A stretch of DNA of 64,000 nucleotides, taken from Candidatus Poribacteria bacterium. Lineage in GTDB: Bacteria > Poribacteria > WGA-4E > WGA-3G. A program made the position numbers and the translations under genes. Shown one piece after another: positions 50,952 to 61,841 of the stretch; within the stretch, counting starts at the first letter, position 1, and every line of letters begins with the position of its first letter. The notes below the pieces were generated by a model. It was not told the origin of the DNA and ran no database searches. It was given only the letters and a program-made list of their open reading frames with translations. Location: the NCBI GenBank assembly GCA_965205025.1, contig CBDBFU010000002.1:356089-420088 (forward strand). The letters are read 5' to 3'.

Positions 50952-52202
50952 TTAATTATTGGATATCCATTTTATACGAGCACCATCACCAGCATTACAT
51001 ATATAAATATCCGGTTCAATGCCGGTGTGTTTAGGATACTCTTTGCTAACCTTGTTTTGAAATTCTTCTACTGCGTCTTGATATACCAAATTCACTGTGC
51101 ATCCACCGAAGCCTGCACCTGTCATACGCGCTCCAATAACACCATCAGTATTTTGTGCGATGTTTGTCAACAGATCTAACTCACCGCAACTTACTTCGTA
51201 AGCATCGCGTAATCCGGTGTGGGAGGCATTCATCAGAATTCCGAAAGTGTCAAGATCATTAGCTTTTAGGGCAGAAACGGCTTTCAGAACACGGGTGTTT
51301 TCCTCCACTACATATCTACACCTTTTTTGTGTAATTTCAGGTAGTTTTTCTTCATATCTTTTAAATTCTTCTAACGTTATATCTCGAAGTGATGTGATAG
51401 AAGACATCCATTGTTTGATTATCTTTACCCCACTTTCACATTCGGCACGACGTTTATTATACTCTGAGGCAGCCAGTTCGCGTTTGACGTTTGTGTTACA
51501 AATTACAATCAGAATATCTTTTAAGTTAAGCGGTATGTGTTCGTAGTCCAAAGAACGACAATCCAAAAACAAGGCATGATCTGCTTTGCCTAATAACGAT
51601 ATAGTTGGATCCATAATACCGCAATTGACTCCAGCGAATTCGTTTTCTGCACGTTGACATATAGAGGCTAATTCAAGCGGAAAACATTCAAGCAATTCAA
51701 TTTCACTGTTTGTATTTATACTTGAGTGTGGTATTTCTAAACCGCAGCCTCCTAAAAATGCTAATGTACTCGCAACTTCAAGTGCAGCAGAGGAACTCAA
51801 TCCTGCTCCTATAGGCACATTTCCGGTTATGACTGCCGTAATTCCATTGAGTGTGTGTTCACTCCCCTGAAGAATCTCCTCTTGTAAGAAATGTGCGACC
51901 CCTTTCAGATAATTACTCCAAGGTGGTGTTTGGGAATTACGAATTGAAGTTAGGTTAAAAACACATTCCTCATCAATGTCTAATGCATAAAGATGCACTT
52001 CTTGATCAGACCGTTTAGAAGCTGCAATGCAAAGGTATTTATCAATTGCAACAGGAAATACAAACCCATCATTATAATCAGTATGCTCACCAATTAGGTT
52101 GACTCTTCCTGGAGCAGATACCATGAATTCCGGTGTGTGTCCAAAACGTTGGCTAAAATCTTGCGTCAATCTATCACTAAAAATAGATTCATCCTGTATC
52201 AT
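50952..52202 (-). CDS. galK: Galactokinase
   Basis: APGRVNLIGEHTDYNDG, PIGAGLSSSAA, CGIMD, GARMTGAGFGG. Confidence 0.96.
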   Translation of the reverse strand: MIQDESIFSDRLTQDFSQRFGHTPEFMVSAPGRVNLIGEHTDYNDGFVFPVAIDKYLCIAASKRSDQEVHLYALDIDEECVFNLTSIRNSQTPPWSNYLKGVAHFLQEEILQGSEHTLNGITAVITGNVPIGAGLSSSAALEVASTLAFLGGCGLEIPHSSINTNSEIELLECFPLELASICQRAENEFAGVNCGIMDPTISLLGKADHALFLDCRSLDYEHIPLNLKDILIVICNTNVKRELAASEYNKRRAECESGVKIIKQWMSSITSLRDITLEEFKRYEEKLPEITQKRCRYVVEENTRVLKAVSALKANDLDTFGILMNASHTGLRDAYEVSCGELDLLTNIAQNTDGVIGARMTGAGFGGCTVNLVYQDAVEEFQNKVSKEYPKHTGIEPDIYICNAGDGARIKWISNN

Positions 52203-52253
52203 TCGATTCCCTCGTTGTATACATTTGTGTGTATGATGAGACAATATGCTCAA

Positions 52254-53018
52254 TCATTTAGATGCGGAAGATGAAAAAAACTTCAAAATACGTGCTACCA
52301 CCATGTGCAATTCTGGACGGGGAATATAGGTATCCACAGAAATATCTGGCATATTTTGGTTGGTATCACGATTCTTTTCAGGTAGGAGCTGTTCTTCGGG
52401 AGCATGTAAAGCTGGTTGGGGATGAGACCGTTGTGTATTATCTAATTCAGAGGTACATTCTGCAATAACAATTTCACCAACTGGCAGATGGGATCTCAAC
52501 TGTCCATTTCCCGTTTCGGTTAAAACTGTTATATATGGGAGTGATGTGTCGGATAATTTCTCTAACTGAAGGAGTAACGGAACGATATCAGGAAAAGAAA
52601 GTTCTGATTCAACAGGATTAGCGGTAAAAATAGAAAGTAATGGAATAGATTTGTTTACTGCGGTTAAAATCGCTTGAGAAAACAAATCTAAATGACGGTG
52701 TCCCAAAATGGAATCGGGTTCAAGAATAAATAGACTAACAGGATGTTCTGCAATATTTTCCTCAATAGCAAGCACATCACTGGTAAGATCATCCGACGTA
52801 TCCTCATCATTTAGAATCTCTTCTTCATCAGTAGGTTGTATATCTAATAGAAGATTGAGTCTACTTTCAAGTGACAAGGGAAACAATTCCTTACACTTCG
52901 GACAGATAAAACCGTTCCGTTCTAATTCTCCTCGGAAAGAAACTTCACTACATTGTGTGCATTTATGCCATAAACTAATATTTTCCTCAATAATTTCGGT
53001 ATTTCTTGTGACTTCCAT
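52254..53018 (-). CDS. Degenerate AccD (carboxyltransferase beta) homolog with intact C4 zinc finger
   Basis: LWHKCTQC..ELERNGFICPKC..SRLNLLLD and LPYITVLT align with AccD; catalytic glycine motifs are absent. Confidence 0.7.
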   Translation of the reverse strand: MEVTRNTEIIEENISLWHKCTQCSEVSFRGELERNGFICPKCKELFPLSLESRLNLLLDIQPTDEEEILNDEDTSDDLTSDVLAIEENIAEHPVSLFILEPDSILGHRHLDLFSQAILTAVNKSIPLLSIFTANPVESELSFPDIVPLLLQLEKLSDTSLPYITVLTETGNGQLRSHLPVGEIVIAECTSELDNTQRSHPQPALHAPEEQLLPEKNRDTNQNMPDISVDTYIPRPELHMVVARILKFFSSSASK

Positions 53019-53072
53019 AGGGGATCCATTCGACAGGTAAAGTAGCAATTATCTACACAGGATATATGGGTG

Positions 53073-53417
53073 TTATTGAAAACTTGCTAATGCCTCAGCC
53101 TCTGTATCGTATCTATCAAAAATTGTTACAAGTTTTGCCATTATGATGAGACTTCTGATATTCCCACCAATATTAAGGAGAACAACTCTCCCATCATTGC
53201 GTCGTATTGAAGCGTATGCGGCAACAATGACACCTAATCCGGAACTATCCATCATTTGGACGCGTTCCATATTTAGAATCATGGACACCGGTTCACCTTC
53301 TGCAGCACGAATTTGATTATCTATTATGTTTTTTAGTTCTACAGTATTCGGACCTACAAGGTTCCCTTCAATATCAAATATAATAACATTTCCTTTATTT
53401 CGTTGGACAATTTTCAT
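53073..53417 (-). CDS. STAS-domain anti-anti-sigma factor (RsbV/SpoIIAA-like)
   Basis: MMDSSGLG phospho-Ser motif. Confidence 0.9.
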   Translation of the reverse strand: MKIVQRNKGNVIIFDIEGNLVGPNTVELKNIIDNQIRAAEGEPVSMILNMERVQMMDSSGLGVIVAAYASIRRNDGRVVLLNIGGNIRSLIIMAKLVTIFDRYDTEAEALASFQ

Positions 53418-53551
53418 AAAACTTCCTTTTCTTATATATTCCTTGGGAGGCACAATCGCACCAAAAGGTGGATAACAGCATTCGTCAACTAAGGCTACAG
53501 GTTATTAAGATACTCCGATGGATTCGAAACTAACCGTCAATCAATGAAACT

Positions 53552-53977
53552 CTAATTCTCAGTTTGTCTATATTTCACCATCTTTACAATGGTGCCGTCA
53601 GCTTCGTAATCCACCTCATCCATGTAGGCCTCCATGAGAAAAAGACCTCTTCCACTACTTTTTAGTAGGTTTTCTGGTTCAAGCGGATTTGCAACATCTT
53701 CGCGTTGAAACCCTGAGCCTTCATCTGTTACGATAATCGTAAGTTGACTATCGTCAATAAGGAACTCAAATGTTGCGGTTTTCTCCGCATCTTCCTTATT
53801 GCCGTGCTTGATTGCATTTGTCCCTGCTTCAATAACAGCTAAATTAACATGCTCTTGTGTCTCTTCATCAAACTTCATCTCTCTTAGTATGTCGCTGATG
53901 ACAGTGTCAAGCAGATAAATTAGATGCATTGTGCTTGGGAGAGAAAGTAAAATTCTCCATTGAGTTTTCTCGCCCAC
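53552..53977 (-). CDS. RsbW-like anti-sigma factor serine kinase
   Basis: LAVIEAGTNAIKHG, VTDEGSGF, SSGRGLFLM. Confidence 0.92.
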   Translation of the reverse strand: MGEKTQWRILLSLPSTMHLIYLLDTVISDILREMKFDEETQEHVNLAVIEAGTNAIKHGNKEDAEKTATFEFLIDDSQLTIIVTDEGSGFQREDVANPLEPENLLKSSGRGLFLMEAYMDEVDYEADGTIVKMVKYRQTEN

Positions 53978-54071
53978 GTGTTAGGCTCCTTCCAGTGTTA
54001 ATTATTCATTTAGATTATACCATAGTAAAGACGTCTTACTGTATATTAATATGCTATGGTTGGAATTCTTC

Positions 54072-55319
54072 TTATCCTTCAATACGCTTAATTACAACTA
54101 CAGCGCGGTCATCTTTGAGTTGTGTGGTACCGCTATATTCCATTAGATCGGTCTGTAGAACATCACAAAGTTCTTCTGCAGAGAGTGTCAAGTTTTTTGC
54201 CATGTAGTCAATCAACCGTTCTTCTCCATAGAATTCATTTGGTGTTTTCCCTTCTGTTTCGGTCACACCATCGGTATAAAGCAGCAAGACATTACCTTTT
54301 GACAATTGACAAGTTGCCGAAGAAAATGTAGCAATATCAAACGCACCTATCAACATCCCACCCGTATTCAGTAAATCTACTTGACAACCATTTTGAGTGG
54401 TTCCGCCAGCATTTTCTGTGCCAGTGATGAAATGAATCGGTGGACAATGTCCTCCATTAGAATATGTAAAAATACCTGTATCTATTTCTAATATGCCGTA
54501 TACCATTGTGGCAAATTGCTCAAGATCGGTGTTATGAAAAAGTAATGTATTTATCCGTTTCAATATTGTCGCAGGACTGTCTGCTTCATTACTAAGTAAA
54601 CGTGAGGCAGTTTGAATCATGACCATTAGCAGTGCTGCAGGAATTCCATGTCCTTTCACATCCCCCAAAACAACACCAAGACGTGAATCTCCAAGGGGGA
54701 TAAAATCATAAAAGTCACCGGAAACAGAGGTAGAACTTCGAAACAAAGCAGCAAAATCATAACCTGGAAACGTTGGTGGTTTTTCCGGTAGTAATCTCTG
54801 TTGTATTTCTGCAGCCGCTTGCAGATGAGATCCGAGTTCAGCAACACCCGCTTCAGTAAAACTATCTCCCATTGCATTAATCAACGGATTAATATATTTT
54901 ACGGGACGGGTTCGTCCCAAGACAGCGTTAATTCGCGCAGTCACCTCACGTAAATCAAATGGCTTTGTAATATAATCATCACCACCGAGTTCTAATCCAA
55001 CCAATTTGTCTTCGGTTTGTGTCCGTGCAGTTATCCATAAAACGGGAATTGCATTTGTCTCGGTATCTTCTTTTAACTTCCCAATAACTTCTAAGCCATC
55101 CATTTGTGGCATCATAACATCAAGCAATATCAGATCTGGCTGATAATCCTTTGCTTGCTGGAGTCCGTTTAGTCCATTATTAGCTGTGATGACTTGGAAT
55201 CCATCTGAGGTTAAACTGATTTTCAGGAGTTCAAGTATATCAGTGTCGTCATCAATTACTAAGATAGTTTCATTAGATGATGTCTCTTCAGATTGGAAAA
55301 TAGTTTCTGCCATATTCAT
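54072..55319 (-). CDS. Receiver-PP2C (SpoIIE) phosphatase, RsbU/RsbY-like
   Basis: REC (VIDDD, LLDVMMP, ITKPF); SGDFYD, GDVKGHG, YTDGV, DD. Confidence 0.93.
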   Translation of the reverse strand: MNMAETIFQSEETSSNETILVIDDDTDILELLKISLTSDGFQVITANNGLNGLQQAKDYQPDLILLDVMMPQMDGLEVIGKLKEDTETNAIPVLWITARTQTEDKLVGLELGGDDYITKPFDLREVTARINAVLGRTRPVKYINPLINAMGDSFTEAGVAELGSHLQAAAEIQQRLLPEKPPTFPGYDFAALFRSSTSVSGDFYDFIPLGDSRLGVVLGDVKGHGIPAALLMVMIQTASRLLSNEADSPATILKRINTLLFHNTDLEQFATMVYGILEIDTGIFTYSNGGHCPPIHFITGTENAGGTTQNGCQVDLLNTGGMLIGAFDIATFSSATCQLSKGNVLLLYTDGVTETEGKTPNEFYGEERLIDYMAKNLTLSAEELCDVLQTDLMEYSGTTQLKDDRAVVVIKRIEG

Positions 55320-55418
55320 TGCTCTTTATGTAATACCATTTCTATTTAAATAATTCACATTACGATCACTCTTAGTAGTTCCCCTAATAAGGGACGGGGA
55401 ATGCCCGAGGAATGCCTA

Positions 55419-55533
55419 ATGAGGATTAAGTAAATATTTCGGTAATTCTAATTTTCCCAAACCCGGTAGGTGCGGTTTCCTAACCGCACGGGATCTTTCT
55501 CCAAAATTACCGAATTTTAAAATTAATCTTCAT
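55419..55533. mobile_element. MITE family B (115 bp) inserted in the loop of a family C palindrome
   Basis: GAATGCC-TA-[ATGAGGATTAAG...TTAATCTTCAT]-AT-GGCATTC; internal GTAGGTGCGGTT-TCCT-AACCGCAC. Confidence 0.8.
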
Positions 55534-55569
55534 ATGGCATTCATATTACTGATTTTACATTCAATTCAT

Positions 55570-58056
55570 CTAAGATAAAAACGGAATCCAGAATTGAAAG
55601 TTGCATCCCATATTGTTTTTTCCAGTATCAACCCAAATTTTACCTTTATGTGCTTCAACAAACCCTTGTGCAATGGAAAGTCCTAAACCGCTACCACCTT
55701 GTTCCCGTGTTTGTATATTACTAAGTTGTCTGAATTTATCAAATACGGTTTCTCTATCTTGTTCAGGAATCCCCGGACCGGTATCTATTACTTCAACATG
55801 GATTCCATCCTCTTCATCAATATTATCAGAAAGAACTTCATCTCGAGGGTATCCTTTACGAGATATTTTAACATCTACTTCACCGTTTTCTGGTGTGAAT
55901 TTAATTGCATTCCCAACCAGATTAGTTAGAATCTGACCCAGATATTCTGCATCTCCACTGGGTTGAGGTAATTCCGATTCGACATTTAGATCTAATTTCA
56001 CAGTCTTTTCATCTGCTTGGGGTTTAAGTTCCTCAACTCGTTGTTCAGCGATCTCAACGATGTTTACAGGTTCAAGCTTCATAACAATCCGTCCTGCTTC
56101 AATACGAGAAATATCAAGGAGATCATTAATCATTGTAGCAAGACGTTGCGACTGGCGATGTGCGCGGGTTAAACTTTGTTGTTGAACTTCATTCAAAGGC
56201 CCGGCTTTTCCATCAAGTATAAGAGATATAAAGCCGATGATTGATGTTAGCGGGGTACGTAACTCATGAGATACAAGAGCAACGAAATCAGATTTCATCC
56301 TATCAATTTCATGTTCGCGCGTTATATCGTCAAAAACGTATATCATACCAGCCATTTTATGGTTTTCATTAGATGCATCTTCATTATTGGTAGTAACCCC
56401 TGTAGAAGCGAATTGACTGGAAACAACCCGGAGTATACGATTTTCTCCTTCTTTATCTAAATTTATTTCTACAGTTGCGCGTGTATCCTGTCCTTGTGTA
56501 TTCTCTAATACAGTTAGATTAGTAGTTCGTAGCAAATCAGTGAATTGATTTGGAAACTGGGAGGTTTCGTCAAAGTTGAGCAGATATTTTGCTGCAGGGT
56601 TGAAGTAAAGTATCTGATCAGTTGTATCAACAACAATAAGTCCTTCACCAAGACAATCAACGATAGTCGTCATCTGTTCTTCCGCATTAATTAATTTTTC
56701 GACAGCGACTTTAAGGCTATGGTGCATGTCGTTGAATTCTTTTGCGAGCATGCCGACTTCGTTCTGACTGTCCACAGAGATCAATTCATAATCATCATCC
56801 TGGTACCATTGCATTTTTGCTATCTGTTTACGAACTTGCTCAGATTCCTGTTGAACCACATTTTTAGCTTCTTGTCCAATTTGTTTTGCGGTTTCTGTAA
56901 GTTGCATAACAGGTTGTGTGATTCGTTGTGCAACCATATAAGCGATTGGAATAACAATCACACAGGAAGCAAGAGTAACCCATAAAACATACTGATTGAG
57001 TTTAACGACCCCCGCGAAGGCTTGTGAAGTTGGATATGAAACAAAAACAATCCAGTTTGCAAAATTTTGACCATTTTTCCAGGGTTGTCGTCTTGAAGGT
57101 CGTGTTCTTGCCCATCCATATACGCGGGATTCAGAGTTCCGATCTTCTTCACCTTCAGCTTCATATCCGTAGAAATCGCCCTCCCTGCCTTTTTTTGCTT
57201 CAATAATTGCTCTTGCCGTAGCGTTTTCTATTTGCATCTGATCATTTACTTTATAATTACTCTCTGCTGAAGCGGCAATGATTCTGCCAGATTGACTTGT
57301 GAGAATAGTGTATGTCTTTTCCATCTCTGGACGTAATTCCACTATATTAGTAATCTCACGTAAGTTCAAGACTACCCTAAGTACACCAAGAGTTATTCTA
57401 TCTTCGATAGGGGTTCTTTGATCTCCTGTACGTATTGGTATTGCAGCTGAAATCAAATGTAGATTCTGTGTCTCATCATACTCAACATCCTCAATATACT
57501 GATAACCTCTATTATTGCTATAGGCTTTGCTATAGGCTCTTTCCCACCAAATTTGGTCCTCAACATTAGAGAGTTTATTATTTTTATGATTATCTTCAAA
57601 CGTATTATTATTAGAACAAAGTACATAACCTTCAGAATTTGTAATAGTGATTTCGCTTCTATTACCACGCCTATTGCTGCGTCTTCTATATCCACTCCCC
57701 GCATAAGATTCAAACAACCGCACACTATCCTCTAAACGACCCCAAGCATCCGAATAAACCTGCATATCCCCTTTTGCATTATTAGACTCCATAACGACGG
57801 TTTTTATATTCCGCATTTCTGTATATATTTTTTCTATCTTATCGGAAATTGCGCGGTCAATACGGAAAAGTTTTTCTTGTGCTAACTGAACTAAACCTTC
57901 TCCAACGCTACTTTTCAATGTGCTTGTACCAAGGAATTTTATTGTTAACGATACCACTAACAGTGGTGTGAGTGATACAAGCAGAAACAAAACTACCTGT
58001 TGTCCACGCAGTCCCATCTTAAACCAATTACGTTTCACAGGTTTTTCGTTTTTCAT
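55570..58056 (-). CDS. Membrane sensor histidine kinase (Cache-like, HAMP, PAS, HisKA, HATPase)
   Basis: Two TMs; SHELRTPL, NLVGNAIKFT, DTGPGI, GSGLGL. Confidence 0.93.
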   Translation of the reverse strand: MKNEKPVKRNWFKMGLRGQQVVLFLLVSLTPLLVVSLTIKFLGTSTLKSSVGEGLVQLAQEKLFRIDRAISDKIEKIYTEMRNIKTVVMESNNAKGDMQVYSDAWGRLEDSVRLFESYAGSGYRRRSNRRGNRSEITITNSEGYVLCSNNNTFEDNHKNNKLSNVEDQIWWERAYSKAYSNNRGYQYIEDVEYDETQNLHLISAAIPIRTGDQRTPIEDRITLGVLRVVLNLREITNIVELRPEMEKTYTILTSQSGRIIAASAESNYKVNDQMQIENATARAIIEAKKGREGDFYGYEAEGEEDRNSESRVYGWARTRPSRRQPWKNGQNFANWIVFVSYPTSQAFAGVVKLNQYVLWVTLASCVIVIPIAYMVAQRITQPVMQLTETAKQIGQEAKNVVQQESEQVRKQIAKMQWYQDDDYELISVDSQNEVGMLAKEFNDMHHSLKVAVEKLINAEEQMTTIVDCLGEGLIVVDTTDQILYFNPAAKYLLNFDETSQFPNQFTDLLRTTNLTVLENTQGQDTRATVEINLDKEGENRILRVVSSQFASTGVTTNNEDASNENHKMAGMIYVFDDITREHEIDRMKSDFVALVSHELRTPLTSIIGFISLILDGKAGPLNEVQQQSLTRAHRQSQRLATMINDLLDISRIEAGRIVMKLEPVNIVEIAEQRVEELKPQADEKTVKLDLNVESELPQPSGDAEYLGQILTNLVGNAIKFTPENGEVDVKISRKGYPRDEVLSDNIDEEDGIHVEVIDTGPGIPEQDRETVFDKFRQLSNIQTREQGGSGLGLSIAQGFVEAHKGKIWVDTGKNNMGCNFQFWIPFLS

Positions 58057-58137
58057 TGATGCTCTCCTATATAAAAATAGGCATCCCACATCCTGGCAAA
58101 GCTAAAATAACAGTATTAAGGGTTTGCACTTCCTACA

Positions 58138-58473
58138 CTATGTAAATGCATTGAGGGCAGCTTCTTTTGTATCGTAAACCTCTAAAATTGTCGTAAGACG
58201 CGTAATTTCCAGTATACTACTAACTGCTTGCTGCGGATTCAGCAGCACCAATTTGCCGTCCGATCTTTGTAAAATTTGCAATGTAATAATTATGACACCA
58301 AGCGCCGTACTGTCAAGCAATGGAACATTAGTTAGATCAATTATCAGATTATTATTCCCAATTTCCATTTGTTGTTGTAGTGCCTGACGAAACTCTACAA
58401 CAGTGTTCCCAATTATTTTTCCATCTACATGAACAATTGCTGTATTTTGAGCATCCTTCGTGATATCAATCAT
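58138..58473 (-). CDS. STAS-domain anti-anti-sigma factor
   Basis: IIDLTNVPLLDSTALG. Confidence 0.88.
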   Translation of the reverse strand: MIDITKDAQNTAIVHVDGKIIGNTVVEFRQALQQQMEIGNNNLIIDLTNVPLLDSTALGVIIITLQILQRSDGKLVLLNPQQAVSSILEITRLTTILEVYDTKEAALNAFT

Positions 58474-58554
58474 TCCATAAAACTCCTTCAGTAGCAAAGT
58501 GCTATTGGTACTCAACACATAACTATTGAGTTGAACTATGCATAAACACTAATC

Positions 58555-59223
58555 TTATATCCTATTATCAAGCCTGCGAATAATAATGTAAGAACGATTT
58601 AATAGTGCAATACGGCTATCATGGATACCTTCAATGTTTCCGCTATGTTCCCTAAGTGCAGATTCGCTCTCCTGAATCTCGATATCTTTTTCAGTTGATT
58701 TATATGCAACCCATCTACCTGTTTCATTAAGCAACGGCAGACAGTATTTTGCTGACTTTGCTAACGATGCAACGTAACGTGTCATAACCCAGTCATAAGC
58801 ATTTCTATATGTATCTGTTTCAGCACAGATTTCCGCACGTTCTGGCAAAACCTGTATTGATGAATCCATACCCAATTGGGAAGTCAGATATTTGAGAAAT
58901 GCTACCTTCTTATAAGAAGCTTCAACAAGCGTCAGTCGGATATTGGGTATATATATTTTAAGCACAACCCCTGGAAATCCGGCTCCAGTGCCTATATCAA
59001 TCAGGTTGTGTTCTTCCTCAATAGCGCAATGTTCAAGAACACTAACAGAATCGAGAAAATGCTTATAAATTACATCTGCGTCCTCATTAATTGCGGTAAG
59101 ATTTATATGCTGATTCCACCGTCTTAATTCGACACTATATAAAACCAATTGTTCGATTTGATTTTGTGTCAATGGAAACCCGTAGTTATCAAATACCTGT
59201 TCTAATTGATAATGGAATTGCAC
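58555..59223 (-). CDS. rsmG: 16S rRNA m7G527 methyltransferase
   Basis: WNQHINLTAI, KHFLDS, DIGTGAGFPG; adjacent to mnmG. Confidence 0.95.
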   Translation of the reverse strand: MQFHYQLEQVFDNYGFPLTQNQIEQLVLYSVELRRWNQHINLTAINEDADVIYKHFLDSVSVLEHCAIEEEHNLIDIGTGAGFPGVVLKIYIPNIRLTLVEASYKKVAFLKYLTSQLGMDSSIQVLPERAEICAETDTYRNAYDWVMTRYVASLAKSAKYCLPLLNETGRWVAYKSTEKDIEIQESESALREHSGNIEGIHDSRIALLNRSYIIIRRLDNRI

Positions 59224-59293
59224 TCCTCTCTTCCTGTTAGCAATGATCTGTAATTCTGTTCCGTAGATACTTTCACGTAGATATGTTTAGATT

Positions 59294-61159
59294 TTACTGA
59301 TGTAGCATAACCATTAATATTGATATATCCGCCGGGGACACACCCGGCAGACGCGAGGCTTGTCCAATAGAAGCAGGACGTATTTTTTCGAGTTTCTCGC
59401 GTGCTTCCGTTTTTAGCCCACGGACATCTGCATAACTGAAGGTATCAGGTATTCTAAGATCCTCTAATCTTTTGAACTGATGAATCTGGCGTTGTTGCCG
59501 TTGGATATACCCATCGTATTTAATCTGGATTTCCACTTGTTCTTTAACGGCATGTGGCAATTCTTCTGGTGGTGGTGCCATACCTACTATGTGCTCATAG
59601 CGGAGTTCAGGCCGTTTGAGCAAATCTGATAATAGTGTAGGCTGTTTTAACTCACCTGTCTCAACGATAGTAGCCAATCTATCAACAGTAGATGCATTCG
59701 GCACTAATCGTGTTTCGTCTAAACGTTTTAATTCAGATTCTATAGATGCCGCTTTCTTTTGGAATTTATCATATATATCATCTTTAACAAGACCAATTTT
59801 CCTTCCTATCTCAGTAAGTCGTAAATCTGCGTTATCTTCTCGTAATGCTAATCTATATTCCGCTCGTGATGTGAACATTCTGTAAGGTTCACGGATATCT
59901 AAGGTAACCAGATCGTCAATAAGTACAGCAATATAGGCTTGCGACCTATCAAGTATAAGTGGATTCTCCCCTTGCACCTTTAGCGCAGCATTAATCCCTG
60001 CCATAAGTCCTTGTGCAGCGGCTTCTTCATAACCGGTGGTTCCGTTAAGTTGACCAGCAAAATAGAGACCTAAGACTTCCTTAGTTTCAAGCGTAGGTTG
60101 AAGTTGTGTTGCTGGTGCAAAATCATATTCAACAGCATACCCAAAACGCATAATTTCAGCTTCTTCCAATCCTTTGATACTATGTACCATTTCCACTTGA
60201 ACATCTTCAGGCAAACTGGCAGAAATCCCGTTGAGGTAAATCTCATCTGTATCTAATCCTTCTGGTTCAACAAATACCTGGTGTTCCGTTTTTTCAGCAA
60301 AGCGGACAACTTTATCCTCAATTGATGGACAGTATCGGGGGCCAATCCCAACAATACGACCACTATACATCGCTGATCGGTGCAGATTTTCTCGAATTAC
60401 TTCATGGGTTTTTTCATTTGTGTAGGTAAGATAACATGGAACTTGTGGTTGTATTATCTGTTCTGTGGAAAATGAGAAAGGAAGTGGATCTTCATCCCCA
60501 GGTTGAATTTCCATTTGGTTTGTGTCAATGGTGTGTGCGTTGACACGTGGGGGAGTTCCTGTTTTGAGTCTGCCAATCTCAAAGCCGAGATTCAGAAAAC
60601 TTTCAGAAAGTTTTTCTGCAGAGGATTCACCCGCCCGACCAGCACTATAGGACACATCTCCAATATGAATTAATCCTCTCAAAAAAGTGCCTGTGGTCAG
60701 AATGACAGTATCTCCATAATATGCTGTTTGTGTTTGACTTTTAATCCCAACGCACCGCCCGTTTTCGGTTAGCAATTCTTCTACCAGGACCTGTTTGATG
60801 TCAAGCCGTTCTTGCCCTTCCAGCACGCGTTTCATTTCATCTTGGTATGCTTTTTTGTCTGCCTGTGCCCGGCTTGACCGAACAGCTGGCCCCTTTTTAG
60901 TGTTTAAACGCCGGAATTGTATTCCGGTCTTGTCAATATTCTTTGCCATCTCTCCGCCGAGAGCATCTATCTCCTTGACAAGATGTCCTTTTGCCAATCC
61001 GCCGATTGCTGGATTGCAGGACATTTTAGCAATAGTATCTAAATTTATTGTTACGATAAGTGTTTCGCAACCCATGCGTGCAGCAGCAAGAGCAGCTTCA
61101 CAACCTGCATGACCTGCACCTACAACAATGACATCGTATTTTTTGTGATATATGTTCAT
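59294..61159 (-). CDS. mnmG: tRNA uridine 5-carboxymethylaminomethyl modification enzyme
   Basis: VVGAGHAGCEAA, MSCNPAIGG, GPRYCPSIEDK, GTTGYEEAAAQG, EPYRMFTSRAEYRL. Confidence 0.97.
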   Translation of the reverse strand: MNIYHKKYDVIVVGAGHAGCEAALAAARMGCETLIVTINLDTIAKMSCNPAIGGLAKGHLVKEIDALGGEMAKNIDKTGIQFRRLNTKKGPAVRSSRAQADKKAYQDEMKRVLEGQERLDIKQVLVEELLTENGRCVGIKSQTQTAYYGDTVILTTGTFLRGLIHIGDVSYSAGRAGESSAEKLSESFLNLGFEIGRLKTGTPPRVNAHTIDTNQMEIQPGDEDPLPFSFSTEQIIQPQVPCYLTYTNEKTHEVIRENLHRSAMYSGRIVGIGPRYCPSIEDKVVRFAEKTEHQVFVEPEGLDTDEIYLNGISASLPEDVQVEMVHSIKGLEEAEIMRFGYAVEYDFAPATQLQPTLETKEVLGLYFAGQLNGTTGYEEAAAQGLMAGINAALKVQGENPLILDRSQAYIAVLIDDLVTLDIREPYRMFTSRAEYRLALREDNADLRLTEIGRKIGLVKDDIYDKFQKKAASIESELKRLDETRLVPNASTVDRLATIVETGELKQPTLLSDLLKRPELRYEHIVGMAPPPEELPHAVKEQVEIQIKYDGYIQRQQRQIHQFKRLEDLRIPDTFSYADVRGLKTEAREKLEKIRPASIGQASRLPGVSPADISILMVMLHQ

Positions 61160-61187
61160 GATTTGCTTCCTACTTCTATTGCGGGTT

Positions 61188-61766
61188 TTAGGGGGGCCAT
61201 GCGTCCCATTCCTTATCTCCTTTGACATCCCACCAATCTGTTGATTCTATAGTCCCAGACGTTGATGCCAGCGTGACCTTATTTCCTTCAAGCTTAGGTT
61301 GCGCGAAAAAAGCGTTGGCAGATAGATAATCCCCAGTAGCACTCTTGATATAGCGGAGTGCAGTGGAGTCAAACGACACGGATGTCTGATAACCAGCGAC
61401 GTGTTCGCCACCGACGATCGCGAGATTGATAGTCATTTGTGCTCCAACAGATGGGGGTACCACAGTAGAAAGTTCAAAGTGAATACTGCCGCGCGTGGTC
61501 GTTAACCACCACAAGCGAACGGTATCGTCTTCATTCTCACTCGCCAGTCTACCCCCATCAGAACTGAAAACTACATCTTCGTCAATACCCGTGTGTCCTA
61601 CGAGGATTTTGTATGGAACATTTTGCGCGAACGTGGTCAGTGGTCCAAAAGTTAGTAACGATAAGACAGCTAAAGTTATGGTAGATTTTAGGCGGACTTG
61701 GACACTCTGCCCCAGCGAGGTTAGGAAACCTCGCATACCGAGGATCAAAAAATATGTTTTTTTCAT
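61188..61766 (-). pseudogene. Probable relic of a secreted WD40-cohesin protein
   Basis: Signal-like segment, a single WD40 blade (GHTG..VVFSSDG.RLAS..D.TVRLW) and a truncated cohesin-like strand set (VAGYQ..V.FD.TALRY..GDYL..AFF). Confidence 0.55.
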
Positions 61767-61841
61767 CAGTTTTCCTTTTCAATTTAATTTGGTTTTAGTC
61801 CATGTTTATTGCTTGGACGATTTCTAATGTATTATATCTAC

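Noticed and set aside
52254-53018. Assigning the symbol accD
   Set aside because: Catalytic motifs are missing, so function cannot be assumed.
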